The notes beneath the pieces were generated by a model, which ran no database searches, had not been told where the DNA came from, and saw nothing but the letters and a program-made list of their open reading frames with translations. 64,000 nt of DNA from Antedon mediterranea (lineage: Eukaryota; Animalia; Echinodermata), in NCBI RefSeq assembly GCF_964355755.1, contig NC_092672.1, positions 31,006,437 through 31,070,436 of the forward strand. Direction: 5' to 3'. The position numbers were made by a program, and so were the translations under genes. Shown here in pieces: positions 27,854 to 42,800 of the stretch. Each line of letters begins with the position of its first letter. Within the stretch, counting starts at the first letter, position 1.

Positions 27854-30800
27854 TTCTTTCCTTAGCACTATTTTGTCCGTGCATTATCTTGGCATCAGTT
27901 TAATCTAGCTAAGTCAAGTTTTCAGAGTATATTCCTCATGGCCAGGAATCGATGTGGTTATATTTTCACGATGCGTAATCAAAAATTACGCGGTCTACGC
28001 GCGATTTTACGAAATCACGTTTGTAATCATATCTTCACAAGCATGAATCACAATTAAACAAAATTTGGTACTCATAAATTTCAGGTCATATTTCATCATA
28101 TGGCAATAAAATTACGTGCGTAGCGCATATAACGCTTGCGTACGCGCGCTTAAAATGTTCAAAATTGTCAAAATTTATTTTCGATGAAATTAGAGTACGT
28201 TTCAGGCAATTTTAAGCGTTTAAAAAATTGCCATGAGTGCGCAGATTTTTGCACGCGCACTGCGCGTTAAACGTTAATCCGCACTCTTTTTGCCCGATTT
28301 CTGTTTTACAATCTTTCTTTAATAATATCATCATATTTGATTCAGGTTTCAACTCGAAATTGCGTTATACGAGCACGTCAAAAGTGACTGGCTACGCACG
28401 TATAAGTTAACAAAATGGTGAAAATATGCTAAATTTTAAAATTAATATATATCGTCAGAATGCAGGGGAACACCTATTTTTTATTTCATTTTCTTGAAGT
28501 GTATGTATCATATGTATGATTTATTATCAAATAAAGAGAACAAAAGTTGATTAAGTCATCATTAATTGCATATTAAATTAAAAAAAAATAATTTCGACAA
28601 TCAAACAAATTATGAAATTTTCTTAGGCCAAAATAACAAACTTAACATTAACTTTCTTCCTTCAAAAATCCATATATTAAAGTTAAAAGTATGTAGTTTG
28701 ACAGTGCATCATTTGTATACATTTTAAAAATGTCATCATAGTAAAAAATTATAATTCATTTCGGTATGTAATAATCTATTTGCATCAAAGTGGTTACTTC
28801 ATAGTAAATACACGGAGGAATTTTTCTACAACTATTAGTCAGTTGTGTACGGCTCGGTGGTCTGTGCTCGTGTCTATGGCATTAAAGGTACCGAGATCGA
28901 GTCTCACCTTTACAAAATAAGATTTTTTTTTATTATCCGTATTGTTTGTTCAAATTTATTTCTTAGTGTATAGATTATACACATGATTTATAATGAAATC
29001 TAGATAAAAATTAACTTATGTCTTTATTATTATGTAACAACAAATGTGGTTTATGACATTATACGCATATGGATCTTTGATCGGATTGTGTTACCGGCTA
29101 TGGTGTTCGCGTTAGCAAGGTCCTATCATATATTATAAATAATTAAAGATTCTGAGAAAATCAATCAATCAATATATCTTTTAAAAATCAATTATCTTTA
29201 TTTAAATCAATGCATATAACCTATAATTCGTCATAGTGACGAATTAAATCTAGTTCTAATTTTTTTCTGTTTAATTATTGTTTCAATAGTAGGCCTACAC
29301 ACTGTTCGGTATACCACCTTTATTTTGTTCTTTGCAGAAAAACATAACCCAATCAAATTACAGGAAATCTATACAACATCCAAGCAAGCCAATCAAATTG
29401 AGTGGTTCACTGGAGCCATTGGCAACAGGTTATGTGTTTTCAGGAAATTGTGAACAATTAAGGGCGGATCCTAGATTTCTGAAGCACTGTCTAGTACAGT
29501 AAACTGTATTCAAAGACATAATAAATATTTAGCCACCTTATTTAGCCTTCCACTATGCATACTGTAGCTATAACTAATGATACATTCTTCCCACTTATCA
29601 ACCCAATTAGGGTATTGCTAAGCCCCGCAAATAGGAAACCCCATTGAACCAACATAAAAGATATTAAATCATGTAGTATACGACTACCTTGTTGTTACAT
29701 TTTTCTTAAAGATGTACCGTAGTGTCCCCGAAAAAACATAAAAAACAAGATAATAAATCAGACTTTAAATAGGCCATTTTGCAATTTATTTACTTCTGTA
29801 AAAAAAAACAAAAACTAAAAATTATTTCACTCATAAAAAGACAAAAGTACCATATATACCGTATAATATCATAACTATATTGCAGACGTGGAAAACAAAA
29901 ATGACAAATTTAGGTCAACAGATAGAAAGTTACCGCACATCTTAAAATGACATGAGTGAAAAGTATCCTCACAAGAAATTAAACATTACAAAATGACATT
30001 TATTTTTGTCTCAATGTGATGATATAGTAATTGCCTAGAGAATATGTCGTGAACATTATCTGGATGCTCTTTTCAAATTTATATATAAATAAAATAAGTT
30101 TTAATTATTTTTTTAAATACATTCAAAATGTATTACAAATTTAATTTATATACATAACATTTACAAATGTACTCATAGGTTAAGTTAGGAAATTGCTTAT
30201 TTTATATTTTTGAAAAAGGTATTATTGCCTGTTGAATCCATTTAATAAGCCGTTTTAAGAATTAAAAAATTATAACGTTAGCAGACAGTTTAGTTTATAA
30301 ATCCAAAGACAAATTACTGAAAAATTCTGTGGGTTAAGGATGGAGAAACAAATAATTTAGATAATTGTAGCGCATACAATTAGCAGTTGCCTAATTATTC
30401 TAAATATTGCCTCATTCATGAATTAATTTACAGCAATGGCAAATCTAATACCCTGTACTAAATAGTAATACCTATTAATAATAATAAGCTTATAAGCACA
30501 TAAAGCCTCTATGCCCTTCACATAAAAATTACAGTAATCCATGAAATAAATAAATAATAAAAAGAGCTAGCTTTACTTCATTGTACTGTGTTACACTGCT
30601 ACTACTTTATTGTACTGTAAATACTGTATTGTACTGTAATACTGTACTGTACTGTAATACTGTACTGTACTGTAATACTGTACTGTACTGTAATACTGTA
30701 CTGTAATACTGTACTGTACTGTAAAACTGTACTGTACTGTAATACTGTACTGTACTGTAATACTGTACTGTAATACTGTACTGTACTGTAATACTCTACT

Positions 30801-33800
30801 GTACTGTAATACTGTACTGTACTGTAATACTGTACTGTACTGTAATACTGTACTGTACTGTAATACTGTACTGTAATACTGTACTGTACTGTAAAACTGT
30901 ACTGTAATACTGTACTGTACTGTAATACTGTACTGTAATACTGTACTGTACTGTAATACTGTACTGTACTGTAATACTGTACTGTACTGTAATACTGTAC
31001 TGTAATACTGTACTGTACTGTAATACTGTACTGTAATACTGTACTGAACTGTAATACTGTACTGTACTGTAATACTGTACTGTACTACTGTACTGTAATA
31101 CTGTACTGTAATACTGTACTGTACTGTAATACTGTACTGTACTGTAATATACTGTACTGTACTGTAATACTGTACTGTAATACTGTACTGTAATACTCTA
31201 CTGTAATACTGTCCTGAATTGTAATGTAGTTTACTGTACTGGTAACTAAAATTGGTAGTAACTACAACAACTGAACCAAAAAACTGAATTGTAAACTGCA
31301 CTGTGCTACTATTGTATTGTACAGTACTAAACTGTATACTGGTCGATAAAAATGGTGGTTCTATCTTCACTGTTTAACATTAAAACAACTATTTAAAAGA
31401 ACTACCTATAACAAAGAACTCTCACAGGCCAACCAAGTGGTTGAAATTATATGCAAATTAGATGAAATAATCAACAAAAGTTATTTAAGCATTAATAAAT
31501 GAATAGTTACTGTACTGCTACTCACTGCAGTTAGGTACAAGTTGCACATGCATAAGGTAAAATGAAAGTTTGATGCGATGGCCTAGTTTGGAACTATAAG
31601 TTTCTTAGGATTATCCTTAATTTTAAATATTGAAAAAGAGATATTATTTATATCTGCACATGTCTCACAGTGGTACTTAAGTTTGTATTAGCAGGGAAGA
31701 GCGAAATTGCAGGGAAGAGTGAAATTTCACTCTTCCCAGGTATTAGCATATATGATTAAGTTGATTAAATAATTAAATGTTTTCAACAAGATAGTTTTCT
31801 TTATAAAAAAAATGATAATCATCATACAGGATTTTGGCTACAGCCCAATTCAATATAAAATTATCTAGGTCATAAATGTCCTAGGTCGTAGGTTACCAGC
31901 CCAGGTAACACCTCTGTGCTCAACAACCTTTAGCCTTTATTTAAGATACTGGAATCGTGTGTAAATCTTGTGTTTAGCTTTATAGTGGTATGCAGGGAAA
32001 ACAAAATGGAATTGGGGCTAGTAGAATTTATAGGTAACTAGCCCAGATGTTACAGAAAAAAACTTTGGGTAACCTAATAAACCATACATATAAGACTCTC
32101 GGGAAACAATCTTGGACAAAAGTAAAATTTGGTTTACAAAAGTAATTATTGGTATTCCAACTTATAAACCTTGTCGACAAGTTGCAATGCCTAACTATAA
32201 TACAAAAACATGAACAATAAAGTTTTTAAAAAATTTGAAATAGTTTTAATACGGTTTAACCATGTTTTTTCTTGACAAAAAACATTTAAATTCATCCAAA
32301 AACTCATTGACTTCCAGTCAATTTGACTTTGATTCACAATCCAATTTTTGGTCAAAGTGAATAACTATTATGGTGACATTCAAATGGCATATTTTTTCAG
32401 GGGGACAACAACTTTAATATTCTGAAGAGACATGGGAAAAGGTGTAGAACAGTATTTTTTATAATTAATTAGAACAGAATTTTTTGTTAAATCTAAAAAA
32501 TAAGCTAAATCATTTCCATGAAGAACAAAAACACAAAATTAGGTCAAAAACTTCACAGATAAACACAGTTTTAAATCACCTTCAAACAATTAAGATTCTA
32601 TCTCACAAACGTACGCAGTCAAAGATTAGAGCGCCACTCACAATGTGGTTACTGGTGACTAATGTAGAGTGCTAGTAGTAGTTTTATCTTAATCCTTTAA
32701 ACCTAACATTTCTAATAAATGTCATTTTGGAAATGAAGAGGTAGATACGCAGGATTAAGCAATTTACAAGGCAAACTTTAATCGTCTTTGTATGATCTTC
32801 CTAAAACTCTGTCTTACACTATCAAACTAGTTTAACAAAACAAGGTGTGATCTGCCAAAATATGATAGTGATATGCCCAAATATTATAGTGATAAATGGC
32901 ATCATCATGTCCATACATATGGGCACATCATATATTTTGTCACAATATTTTGATAGTGTAGACAGAGCTTAAGGGATAAATGTCACAATTGTTTTACTGC
33001 AGTTACTGCAGTACTGTATTACATTTTGTTTATTTTTTAAAAGCTATTAATCATAGCAGCCTTTTATTTGCATTGATTGTCATTGAAAATCATGTTATTG
33101 TGCAGCAGGAACTTGTAGTTACTGCAGTAACTGCAACAGATTAATTTTGACATGATTCTAGAATGTTCACCAGAAAGGTGTTCTTCCACAAGGCCATATA
33201 CCATTTTAAAAACCAAAAGAAAATATATAAAACTAAAAGAAAATGTTTTAAAATATGATTTGAGTTATTTAGTAAATATGGATGATTATTGCACAAATAT
33301 ATGAAACAAATAAACATTAATAAAATTAAACCTAATCAATCTAATTTTTGGTGGAATTAAAAAATGAAATTAAAAAATATTATGTGATAATAATAATAAT
33401 AATAACCACTACAGTAGTAATGACTATAATTTTTATGTGTTTAAATTTTAAATGTAAATATGTATAATTATGTTATTATGATGTAGTATATGTTTAAGCA
33501 GATATTAGCCCTTGATGGCATTTGCAGCAATAAAGAAATTGAATTGAATTGAATTGATCTTAAAATGGCCAACAAAAAAATATTACCAAACAATATATTG
33601 AATTGTAAAATTCATTTTGTAAATTTCAATATTTTTCACTCTATATTTAACAAAACATTAAATAAAGAAAGCGAGATTTATAGAAGTTTTCCGGGTCCGT
33701 TACTAATTAGTGATATCAACGTAAACTAACTGGAACAAATTAGAAACGACAGGAATTAACGGCATATCTGAATATTTATCTTGGACTTACTACTTTGAAT

Positions 33801-36800
33801 TATAATAGTACTTTCTGTTTCGTAGTTCACTATTCTTAATTGAAAGTTTTTAAAGAACAATTTACTAAATGTCAGGACAGGATGAAATAAAAAAAAGTTT
33901 GTTGATATTAGTTTATTCATATCACACTTTTCTTATCATTACAATCAACGCAATAATTCAATAACCATCTTCATTAATATAGGGGCAAAATAATTGTTAA
34001 TTAAATACTTGATTACATATAAATAATTGAGACATAAAGTAAACTATATATATGTTAACAACATTGTTACAGGATCCATGGTTATGGTATCCATGAAATA
34101 AATAGGATTATATAATGTCCCGGCCGTAACGTTAAATATGATTTTTTCATATTTAATATTAAATAGCTTAAAAAATAAAGATCAGAAAAAAAAAAAAAAA
34201 TGTCTTTGAGAAATAGCCAAGAGTCATATCAAAATCAGTAAATGAAATTTGTTTAACTCTTGGACCAAATACTGTGGATGCCCTGTAATTGTTTTCTGAT
34301 ATTCAAATTATTCTACTGCAGTAAATACATATGATTCAATTAATGTATTTATTTTGTTTGAATGTAGAAGTTTATGAGGCATTTCAATGGAATTAACAGT
34401 GCATTAAAATTATGGAGGATCAAAGAATAATAGAAAAAAAGCATGCAACAAATCTCCCTTTTCTTTATTTCCTCAGGTGTAATCACACTTCAGACCTAAT
34501 CCCATCCCTACTTTATGTCTGATTTCACAAATAGGCATATCACCGGGTATAGTCCCAGTATTAACTTTTGATCTGGATGTAGGCCTCTCTCTAGTGAGTT
34601 CAGATGATGTTTTAAAAAAAATGCTCACCAATTATTTTATTTCCTGAAGCAGGGTTTCCTCTGGTATATTTTATAGGGGAGTGGGATTATACCAGAGAAT
34701 ATGTGGTAAAAGTGTAATAAGCATATCTAGAATAATTAAATTTTAAAATAACCTCTACCTTTGGATTGTTGTATATTTCGTACATGTCGTTATGAAGGTG
34801 GTTCGTCTCGAAGTATTCAGTGTTCACCAGATGCCCGAAAATCTCACGATTCGTCACATACATGAAGATACCCTAAAAGAACCAATCAGACTAAGCGTTA
34901 GATAAATGAAAATGGAATTATTTAATTATATTAATAAGTTAAAAAACATAATTTTATTATTACTAATTAAATATTATATTTAAATAGATATAAATAAATA
35001 AATATCTATTTCATAATCCGCTAAATTGTGATCCTGCTCAATTTCCACACATCTCCATTTTAATATTATTTCATTTATTATTATTTTAATATCTACCCAG
35101 AGTGTAATTTCTACCAAATAAAATAAATATTAATTTCCTAAAATTATAAAAAAACACTTAAATATATTAATTTAATTTATATTTTGATTAATTAATTTCT
35201 ATATTTAAAGCAAAAGTTTTTTCAACCCTTAATAAACGAAATACATGGTTAATTTCATTTATTAAAATAAAAATGTTTTATTAACTAACTTTCACCTTAC
35301 ACTTTTGGAGAACAATAATAGTAACATTATTATTGTGGTATATTTTTATATCTGAAACCTTGACTCAGAAATACCGGGATGGTGTCCGGCGGGGAATAGT
35401 TTTACCTTAGTTAAGCATAGTTCAGCTTTGTTACATTTTTTTTTTCACATTATTGATTGTCTCCATCCCCGAAACCTCGACTAAGAAATACCGGAATGGT
35501 GTCCGGCGGGGGATAGTTTATTACCATTAGTTAAGGTCCTATGTAAAGCACCTAGAGGGGTCAGTGATCCATTAGGCGCTATATAAATACTGTTTATTAT
35601 TATTATTATTATTATCTGCATTCTTTCTTAATAATTTGTTTATATTTTCTCAAGAGGACATTCAAGACAATGACCTTTGTTTCGGTTTGTAAAATGGACA
35701 ATAGAATTGAAACAAAAGCAAAAGTTTCTCATCTGTGACAAAATTACACTGTAACAGTGTCCTAGAGATATTAGAGAAAGAAACCATTATATCGAAACTA
35801 ATACCTATTTATATATGTTATAAGCTATAACCAGCCTGTTAGTGGTGATGATTCGATGTTGGATTGGAATTAAATAAATAAATAGATTGGTTACGAGAGT
35901 ATAGAGAAATATACAAGAACATTACTCATTATTAAAGATGTATTGTCCACCAAAAACATGAAAAATGAAGATTAATCAGACTTTGAATAGCTAGTTATGG
36001 AAGTTATTCACTTCCATGGGAAAAAAAAGAGAAAACATTTCACTTATAAAATGACAAAATAAATAGTTAAATTCAACCAAAAATCCATTGGCTATCACCT
36101 AATTTGTCTATTTTTTTGGCTTTAAATTAAAGTTATTTCAGGTAAATAAATTTTTTTTTTCGATTTTGGAAAACTATTATGTGATATAAAAATGGCATAT
36201 TCAACAAAAAATGTTTAAGAATTATATTTTTAAGGGGAAAATACATCTTTAATAAGTAATACTTTATGTATGCTTTATTTATATGTTTTACAATATTCAT
36301 TTATATCATCTAATAAAGTTACAGCTTCCTCTCGCATAATCTCTTCTTTTGCCCATAAATATTGCAACGTAATATTATTATAAAAAAAGTTTCTTTTCAA
36401 ACATGAAAATAGAGGGTGCTATTGAAGTTTAGACCATTATCACAATAGAAACAAATAAATCAAATAAAAACACATTACAACAATGTTCACGACTCTGAAA
36501 AGGACGCACAGACACACTGCAAATAATACAAAATACAACAAAAACAGTCCTTATAGTAGTATTATGATTTGTTGTTAAACCAGTAATTAATGAGAAAGTT
36601 GAATGTACACAGAAGAACAATTGAAACAAAAATGATTTTTTTTTAATACAGGAACTCTCTTTCCTTTCCTATTAAATATACAGTAGTTCCAACTGGTGAA
36701 AAATATCTGGTCTGGACAAACAAAACATTGAATTTAATTTAACAATACAATATTCACCATATCCAATCTCTATACAAGTACAAACATTCATGCTATATAT

Positions 36801-39800
36801 AGGATGTTAATATTATTTAAATACATCAATATTAATTGTTTCTATCAAACACATGCAGGTTATATTAGCTTATTCAGAGATTCAACTTGGTATGACCAAT
36901 GCCTAATTTAATGCATAAAGAAAATCCTATGTTAGCAGGAATTTTTTTCATTAGATTTTAAGCAGTGCTATTATAAATGTTCTTTATGCTGTTTTATACT
37001 ACTATATAGTAGTTAAGGTATCCCCTGAATATTTGTGGTGGGAAGCAGGGGTGGATTTAAGGGGAGGCACAGCTGAACAAGGCCTCCTCTAAATTCAAAA
37101 AATTGTAATGCAAAAGATAGAAACATCACACTTCATTTCACTACTTGTAGGCCCTGGAAGCCCCCCCCCCCCCCCACCTACCAAAAAATTTCAAAATCCG
37201 GCATCTGCCATTGGAAAGGAGGGTTCTACTGTATACAGACAGGTTGAAAATAAAAATAGATTGGTATTAGGCATAGTCATGCTCAGTAGAAACTGTGAAA
37301 TAAGTTTAATAAGGAGGTTTCACAACCTTACAAAATATGATAATGATAACATCTACCAACATTTAGCCTTTCTCCCAAATATTAATCAAGATTGAGAGGG
37401 CCGTTATTCAACACCTACAGTATACTGCATGAAAATTATGTATAGTTTGGGAATGTGGGGAGAGATTTGAGCTTACACCAAATGGCCAAAATATAAGAGT
37501 TAAGCTCTGTCTACACTATCAAACTTTATGTGACAACAAAATGTAATGTGCAAATCACTGCCATATTTGGGCACATCACATTATTTTGAAAATGTAGACA
37601 AAGCTTTAGGATAACACTCATATGGATCAAATTATTTGAAAATATTTATTAGATTTTCAAAAATATTCTCTCAAATAACTCATTTATTTAGTTCAAAAAT
37701 TATTTTTAAAATTTGTTATCATATTTTGTAAGTTTGCGACACCTCAATATCGAAGACCCGCACGTTACCCTATTTCTAAGGTTGGTACAAAAATCCACTT
37801 CGCTGTCGCCTTGGTTATTCAATAAGCATTTTCTACGTTCTCGCTGTAAAGGTTAAAGGTCAGGTTACAAAGCAAGAACATACACAAAGATAGTGAATTA
37901 TATTAAACATTTAGACAGTTAAATACATATTAAACATAGATTGTATTATACGTATATTAACAGTTTTAATTGAAGAACTGTAGCGGATTTAGGGTGTTGG
38001 GAAAATAGGGGGGTTGAGTGGTGTTAACCAACTGTCTAGTGGTAAAAACATTGAAGTTATTATTGTTTAAAAGTTTGCATGGCAAAATCAATATGCTAAT
38101 ATAAAGTTCGCGGTACACCACGTATATATAGTTCTAAAAAGAACTGTTTCTCGATCAATATACTTCGATCATCTTCAGGAGTGAGAATGCCGCATTATAT
38201 CAACATAAAAAGAAGTTATTTAATTAAACCTACAGTTTCCATTAATTATTATTATTAACACTTATCAAATATTATCAATATTAATCATTAATACAGACAC
38301 ATTGAACTTTCAAAAATTCATGATGAAGCTACAAGCGTCGCAGTACGTGTCATGCTTCACCGACTTGTGACGGACCCTGGGGAGCTCGCCGAATCTCTCC
38401 TCCCTAATAGATATACTGTACAACATTAAACATCTCAATTAAAAGATAGGAACGCTATCAGAGAAGTTAGATAGTAATTAGACCATGAATACATTAACGA
38501 TAGAATTATTATTAATGATTCTGGATTAAAACTAACATAGCACTGGGTTTACAAATGTTATAATTTTCCAAAAGTATGAATAATTCAAAGGCAAGATTTA
38601 AATTTTTTTCGCACTATTCCACCAAAATAACCTAATAACTTTAGAAAAGATGAATAATAATTTAGAGCCAAAAAAAATATATTTACATGTGCTACTAAAT
38701 GAAAACATTTTCAAAGATTTTGAATTTAGCAGTTTAACTAAAGGAGGATTACGCAAGCCTGTTTACACTAGTCAATTTAATCATTAAGAGTATTAAAAGC
38801 ATGAAAGTTCCGTGACTTTTTCACTTCAGGATAAATTAGTAAGTAGTAGTTTTCTAGTGTGTGACAGATTTTAATTTACTAAATAACCTTGATAGGGCCT
38901 CATATTGAGGAGGGTCTAGGGGTGAAGATTTCGGAAGCTCATGGGTTTAAACCACCTATTTTACCATTACTCTTAATTACATAGTTAAATATTTTGGTTG
39001 ATTTTGCCAGGGAACCTCGATAAAAACCTCAACAGTAGAGGTCCGTTAAAAATGAATGTTGCCCTTCAAACATAGCCAAATAACTATGTAATACTAATAC
39101 TAAAAGATGTAGAAAAGAAATGTCAATGGAAGAATGGATAACCTACCCTACTTCTCAAATCAGAGCAAAAGTTCATGTCTGCGTCTCTGTCACCATCAAG
39201 AAAGGAGGGCATGTGGGGCTCCCTCAAGATGCGTCCATGTATTAAATATACGCTGGAGATGTATGGTACATTAAACACGCCCCTGATGGAATACAAAATA
39301 AAAGCAATCACGTTTTATTCAGTCATTTTGGCACACGGTAAAAATAAATGTATTGAATGATAATGCCGCTGTAATACAGCCACTGTACTCAAGTCAAATA
39401 GGCAAAATTTATTCCGAATAACAATTTTATATTTTGTTTTTAGTAACTTAAATATTGTAGTTTAATGAATAGCTCAAGTTTTTGTACAAAGCAATCTTTG
39501 GGTGAAATATATGATGAGCACAAAAAAAATGTTGTTTTTCATTTTTTTTAATTATTGCGTTTTTTTATTTTCAATTATTGTATTATTGTGGCCACCATCA
39601 ACATTATTGTTAACATCAAAATTATAAAATTTCCAAAAAAATATTTATTAATCTTAATTATTGCAGTGACTTTATTAATTTGTTGTTTTGAAAATGTTGC
39701 TGGGATACTTATGGATCAGCGCACACAGTCTAACTGTATCTCTTATACATATTATTTCTCATAGGTCAATTTAAAAAATTTAATTCATAATTTATTATAG

Positions 39801-42800
39801 AAATATGAATTTCAATTTCTCAAAAATGACAAAAAAATAACTTACAGCCTTTGACGTCTCACGATAGAGACGTAATCTTGTGACCTTGCATAGTAGTTAT
39901 CGTCGTTGAGGGCGCCCCAAAAGTTGGACCAAAGCCTTCCATACTTGATATGCATTGGAGCAATGACAGTACTAAAGGTTATATGAAAATGGTTTTATTT
40001 TCACACTTATAAACAAAAGAATAATCATCGCAATCATATTTATGATAAGTGTTGTAATGTAAAAACATAAAAAATATTTTTCTCTTACTACTTACCGATT
40101 CTGCTCTATCAAACTACGTATTAAGTGTGAATTTTCAATTTGGCTCGGACTGTCTATAGACAGGTAGTAATCACACAAAATTACATTGCAGTATTCTCTA
40201 CAGACAAAAAAAAATGATTACTTTGTTATTATTATCCATTCATTTCTTTTTAATGATTTCTTAACATATACACAAAATTATAATCTGTCAAACATGAGGA
40301 CACTTCTTATATTGACATAGACTTTAATAATCAAAAACTTGAAAAAACCGAAAACTTTATATAATCATACTATAATGCTCAGTTCAACTCAAATATTCAA
40401 TAGAACTAACCATATGCTTTCCTTATTGTGTTACATAAATGTCAAGTCGAGCGGCCGAGCGGTTAAGGAAGGGGCGTCACAAACAATCTGGCTCGCGTGC
40501 ACTTTAAAGAACCCAGTACATCTTTCAGAAGAAGAGGGGGTAATACTCTAGTGTACTGGTCCACTCTGTCGATCTGGACAGATGAACGGGTTTCGTTTGG
40601 TGGCAGCACTCAACACGAAGGGACCTTTAGGGGGGAGAAAGTTGTGGTATGTGTTGTCCACGCCTGTGCACAATTCAGCCCAGTGTGTTTATAAACTTAC
40701 ATTCCTTTTTGGCGTGCTTCTCCTTCTGTGATCTCAATGGCTGGTACAATGTATTCTATTGACCTAAAGACTTCCTTATAATCTCTTGTAAAATTTAACA
40801 CATGTCTGAAGTGATGAATCTCCTACAAACCAGAAATATATTATGAAATAAGAAAAATAGTAATTGTTAATAGAATTCATTGCGTTAAAATTTGTGGAAG
40901 GAAAAAATGCAAGCCTGGGTCCGTATTCACCATTCACACTTTGGGAAACATTCTTATCCTTAAAAATAACAAAATTTCCGATATAAATTATTAGTGAATA
41001 CAATTTAAGGAATACTTAAATATTTATTGAGTTAAGTGAAATACATAATATTTCAGGGACATATCTTACTTAAGTGTGATTGGTGAATACTATATATATA
41101 CACATAACATTAATTTTAAACCGTTCGGTGATATACTGAAATTTAATTCATTAATTAATTAATTTAAAACGATAAGATGAGAAATCTGTGAGAATGAGAA
41201 AAAGTCGCCCCAACAGAGATTCGAACCGGGCATAATGCTTGATATGCAGATGTCCTAAGCATTAGACCACTGGGACTTTCACGGTGTAGTTCGAACCCGA
41301 TTGGATAGCAACTCTTCAACATTTTCGGCATGGTACGGCGGAACAGCACTAGTCCCTCAATTTTAAATATATAATATACAACTAAAGAAAAGATTGTTTT
41401 AGGCAAATTTGATGTGCCCATATCACTACCATATTTGGGCCTATCAAATTTCTTTTGTTAAACTAGTTTGATAGTGTAGACAAACCTTAAAAGTCTCTAC
41501 AGCTATGACATACCAAAACGGCATATTATACTCACATTATTATGAATAAACAAGTCTATTTTTGACTTTGGATAATCTAAATTAAGAATGTTTTCAAAAA
41601 ACTGATTAAGAAATGGCGTTGGCTGCTCAATGAATATAGCCACAAGAACTTTTGGCAAGTCTTCATCCTACAAAATAAAAAAGATAAACATAGCTTTTAA
41701 AAATGTATCACATTAAAACAAGAAACGTTGTAAATCCTCTGGGTTGGGGTGGGGCAGGCCAGACAAGGGTACTCATCACCCTATAAAAATGTATTTTTGG
41801 ACCTCGCATCCTAGCAAAAATTTAAAAAGAGACATGGAAAGGCAGTGATGCTTTTGACAATGGAAAGACCCTACTGGTCTAGTATTGGTCAATTACTGGT
41901 CTAGTACTGGGCAAGTTAATCACAGAGTCCACTAATCATAAATTTTCAGTTCTAGTATATGTATTGTAGTTACCTCTACATTGTCCAATGTGAAGGTACC
42001 ATCATCACACTCCTTGCATCCAGACTCTTCCGTCCAATAATTGTTAAGATAGTTAGCGAGTAAATTTAATGACAACTGCAACATAAACAGAAGTTACATA
42101 ATTAAATTAATTTACCAGTTTGGCCTAAAAAACTAAGACTAGCTAAGCTATAGGCCTAAGACGGTCCACAAGAGGACATTCGACGTGAGCTGCTTAGGTA
42201 GTGCATTTCTTTTCTATTTTTCTCATAATTAACCATAAAATAAACAATGACCTGGTTTAATGTTTTTAAAGTAACAAATATGAATTATATTTACAAAACT
42301 ATTCAAGGGAAAGTGTCTTTAAGAATCAGAATTATTAATTATTATTAATCACAATTTAATACATTTTAAAAAGTGATTTTACTGAGAAAATAATTTTTAC
42401 ATTTTAATCATCTCAAATATTTAAACATATTGTTTGTTAGGAGAATTATAGCACATTTTGCAATTTGATTGGTTAATTACATATCACATGACGTTCCATA
42501 TTACTAATAATCAACGTCCAGCGTTGAGTAAAAATTCTGAAGATGTTCTACCATACCATGCGAGTTGTTGACTGGTCCGTTTGAGAAAACTTATAGTGTC
42601 AGCCATTTAAAACTGTTCTACTTCATTTTTTAATGATTTAGGCCTAGGCCTAGTGCCCTTGTTGAATAGAGCAGTTAATCTTATGAAATATTCTCACCAT
42701 TCAACTGACATTCATTATTGTTATACCATAATCTATCTGGTATTTAAAATATCATGTTATTACTGCAAATCGTTCAAAGTTTACAATCATACATAAACAA

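Noticed and set aside
30591-31370. 259-aa ORF (YSTVLQ repeats)
   Set aside because: Translation of the (tactg)n microsatellite
35540-35615. Short hairpin + (att)n tails here and at ~53670-53735
   Set aside because: Ordinary 3' ends of L2-type LINE/SINE fragments; too short to call further
37844-37904. Longer, mutually exclusive full duplicate of exon 13
   Set aside because: In-frame TAA at 37853-55 and intron-like pyrimidine tract immediately upstream of the 75-nt segment
41205-41280. Functional tRNA gene
   Set aside because: Acceptor and T stems pair poorly and the anticodon loop is non-canonical; better explained as a SINE/pseudogene head
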